Positions 62,371 to 64,000 of a DNA stretch of 64,000 bases are shown in pieces. Position numbers and translations under genes: made by a program. Where the stretch lies: the NCBI GenBank assembly GCA_964371025.1, contig CAYJKH010000002.1, forward strand, positions 58,929-122,928. The letters are read 5' to 3'. The number at the start of each line of letters is the position of its first letter. Positions within the stretch are counted from its first letter, which is position 1. Origin of the DNA: an uncultured Muribaculaceae bacterium (GTDB lineage: Bacteria > Bacillota_I > Bacilli_A > RF39 > UBA660). Under the pieces are notes generated by a model, which ran no database searches, had not been told where the DNA came from, and was given only the letters and a program-made list of their open reading frames with translations.

Positions 62371-63123
62371 ATGGATATAGTTAAACTTAATATAATAATA
62401 AATAATTATCTGGATAAAATGGGAAATGAAAATAATATATTAACAGGAAGTTTATTGTCTGAAGAAGTAAAGTCATTTTTACAAAAGGACGCAAATCCGT
62501 TTTTAATAGGATTAATAGCAGATCAATCAGTTAAAGCAGAAATAGCATGGAGTTTACCTTATAAATTAAAGAATCGAATGAATACTTTTGGTTTTATAGA
62601 TATATTAAATAATTTTTCAATACACGAAATCGAAGATTTTATTAAAATAAAACCAGCTTTGCATAGATTTCCTAGTAAAATGGCTCAGTACATATATTTA
62701 GCTATAAAAGATGTAGTAGAAAAATATGAAGGAGATGCTAGTAATATATGGGTAAATAAAACCGCAAAAGAAATAGTAACTAAATTAGAACAGTTTAAAG
62801 GTATTAGCCATAAAAAAGCCTCACTTGGAACGCTTTTATTAGTAAGAGATATGAATTTAAAAATTGTTGACATGGAAAATATTGATATAGCATATGATGT
62901 TCATATAAAAAGAATATTTAAAAGAGTAGGATTAGTAGAAGAAGAAAACGAAGAAAATGTATTGCTAGCTGCAAGAAAACTTAATCCAATATTCCCGGGT
63001 AAATTAACAACATTTTTTTGGGCAATAGGCAGAGACTATTGTTATGCTACTGAACCCAAATGTAAAAGTTGTCCACTAGGTTATGAATGTAAGGAAAATA
63101 TAACTGTTAAAGAGAGGTGCTAA
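62371..63123 (+). CDS. HhH-GPD/endonuclease III-like protein with [4Fe-4S] cluster loop
   Basis: C-terminal C-X6-C-X2-C-X5-C (CYATEPKCKSCPLGYEC). Weak HhH FKGISHKKASLGT. Confidence 0.5.
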   Translation: MDIVKLNIIINNYLDKMGNENNILTGSLLSEEVKSFLQKDANPFLIGLIADQSVKAEIAWSLPYKLKNRMNTFGFIDILNNFSIHEIEDFIKIKPALHRFPSKMAQYIYLAIKDVVEKYEGDASNIWVNKTAKEIVTKLEQFKGISHKKASLGTLLLVRDMNLKIVDMENIDIAYDVHIKRIFKRVGLVEEENEENVLLAARKLNPIFPGKLTTFFWAIGRDYCYATEPKCKSCPLGYECKENITVKERC

Positions 63124-63124
63124 T

Positions 63125-63283
63125 ATGATAGAATTAATAAAAAAAGAAAATATTTCCTCAATAAAATTACATGAACAGCTAGGTTTTGTTTATGAGGGTA
63201 AAAGTTTGGATGAATATGCTAATGGATACCCTATTAATCATTTAGGATATATTTATAAATCAAAAACTAATAAAAAAAATTAG
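63125..63283 (+). pseudogene. possible GNAT acetyltransferase C-terminal fragment (52 codons)
   Basis: SIKLHEQLGFVYEG resembles the GNAT motif-B/C-terminal strand region. No N-terminal half. Starts 2 nt after the preceding stop. Confidence 0.3.
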
Positions 63284-63373
63284 TATTATGATATAATACA
63301 TCAGGTAAACAGAAATTGTTCTATAATAAAAATTAATAACAATGCAAATTTGTTTATAAGAAAAGAGGGAATT

Positions 63374-64000
63374 AATGGTTGTAGAAATTTTAAAAAAATA
63401 TGGATATCAAGAAAAAGAAATAGCGAAAATTTTAAAAAATGAAAAGATAAATGCTTATCAATCATCAAAATTAGAAGAAAAGATTAATGAAGTATTTGAA
63501 TATTTTATAAATAAAAATTATACTGAAAAAGAAATAATAAAAATGACTAAATCATTACCTAGTCTATTCACTTATAGTATTGAAATGATGGAATATAAAG
63601 AAAAGGAAATGGTAGAATTTGGTTATCCAAAGGAACAATTTATAAAAATGAGTAAAATAGTACCGGCGGTTTTTAGTTATAGCGTTGATAATATTAAAAC
63701 TAAACAAAAAGATATGGAAGATTTAGGATATAATAAAAAAGAATTTATAAAAATGACTAAAACTTTACCAACTATTTTTGGACTTAATATTAAAAATATA
63801 AGAGATAAAATTGCTTTTTTGGAAGATATAGGTTATAAAAGAGAAGAAATTCTTAAAATGAGTAAAACATTTCCAACTTTATTTTCACTAAATACTGAAA
63901 AAATAGAGGAAAGACAAAAAGAACTTCTGGAGTTTGGCTATACCCAAGAAGAAGTCTTGAAGATTACAAAAACATCTCCAGGAATATTTGGAATTAGTAT
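63374..64000 (+). CDS. mTERF-like helical repeat protein, 3' end outside window
   Basis: RBS AAAGAGGG. Five or more tandem repeats of about 36 aa, GYxKEEIxKMxKxxPxxF, with invariant Pro (PSLF/PAVF/PTIF/PTLF/PGIF). Confidence 0.5.

Noticed and set aside
1-64000. Alternative genetic code (TGA = Trp) suggested by the very low GC, mollicute-like composition
   Set aside because: Multiple well-conserved genes terminate at TGA at the expected C-terminus, for example the thioredoxin-like gene at 5227-5229. The standard code fits.
1-64000. CRISPR arrays, prophage or IS elements
   Set aside because: No regularly spaced direct repeats with unique spacers were seen, and no phage structural, integrase or transposase-like ORFs. 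The only tandem repeats are intragenic and encode protein.

Overview
This window is a very AT-rich stretch (GC roughly under 30%) of a low-GC Gram-positive (Bacillota-like) chromosome. The genetic code is standard: TGA acts as a stop codon. The window is gene-dense and almost entirely housekeeping, and much of it follows Bacillus-like gene order. Identified elements, in order:
- a hybrid sensor kinase truncated at the 5' edge
- a T-box leader, a small membrane ORF and leuS
- an ArsR/thioredoxin/CcdA operon
- rsmE and two tandem FemAB paralogs
- trmB
- a DUF948/YtxH block
- a T-box leader and tyrS
- a TasA/camelysin-like secreted protein and an SBBP beta-propeller repeat protein
- rpsD, thiI, ackA, nrnA, engB and der
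- hup, cca, a DnaD-like gene
- a PBP1A gene (ponA) with recU
- gpsB and type-B RNase P RNA (rnpB)
- a rodZ-like gene, pgsA, a LexA box and recA
- murE, rny, rnj
- ftsY, ylxM and murC
- an orphan HerA-like ATPase and tRNA-Leu(CAA)
- a lipoprotein, a SAM methyltransferase, a membrane protein with hypervariable Pro-rich tandem repeats, and a divergent SipW-like signal peptidase
- pyruvate:ferredoxin oxidoreductase, cardiolipin synthase, phosphoketolase and recG
- a promoter-plus-terminator small-RNA candidate
- an orphan protein followed by an OmpR-type two-component system
- an EndoIII-like Fe-S protein with a GNAT fragment
- a 3'-truncated mTERF-like repeat protein.
I saw no transposase, integrase, CRISPR array or prophage. 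Candidates for something new are the orphan HerA-like ATPase, the repeat-protein/SipW-like pair, the bacterial mTERF-like protein, the sRNA candidate, and the T-box placed before a small ORF ahead of leuS. None of these could be confirmed without database searches, which I could not run.
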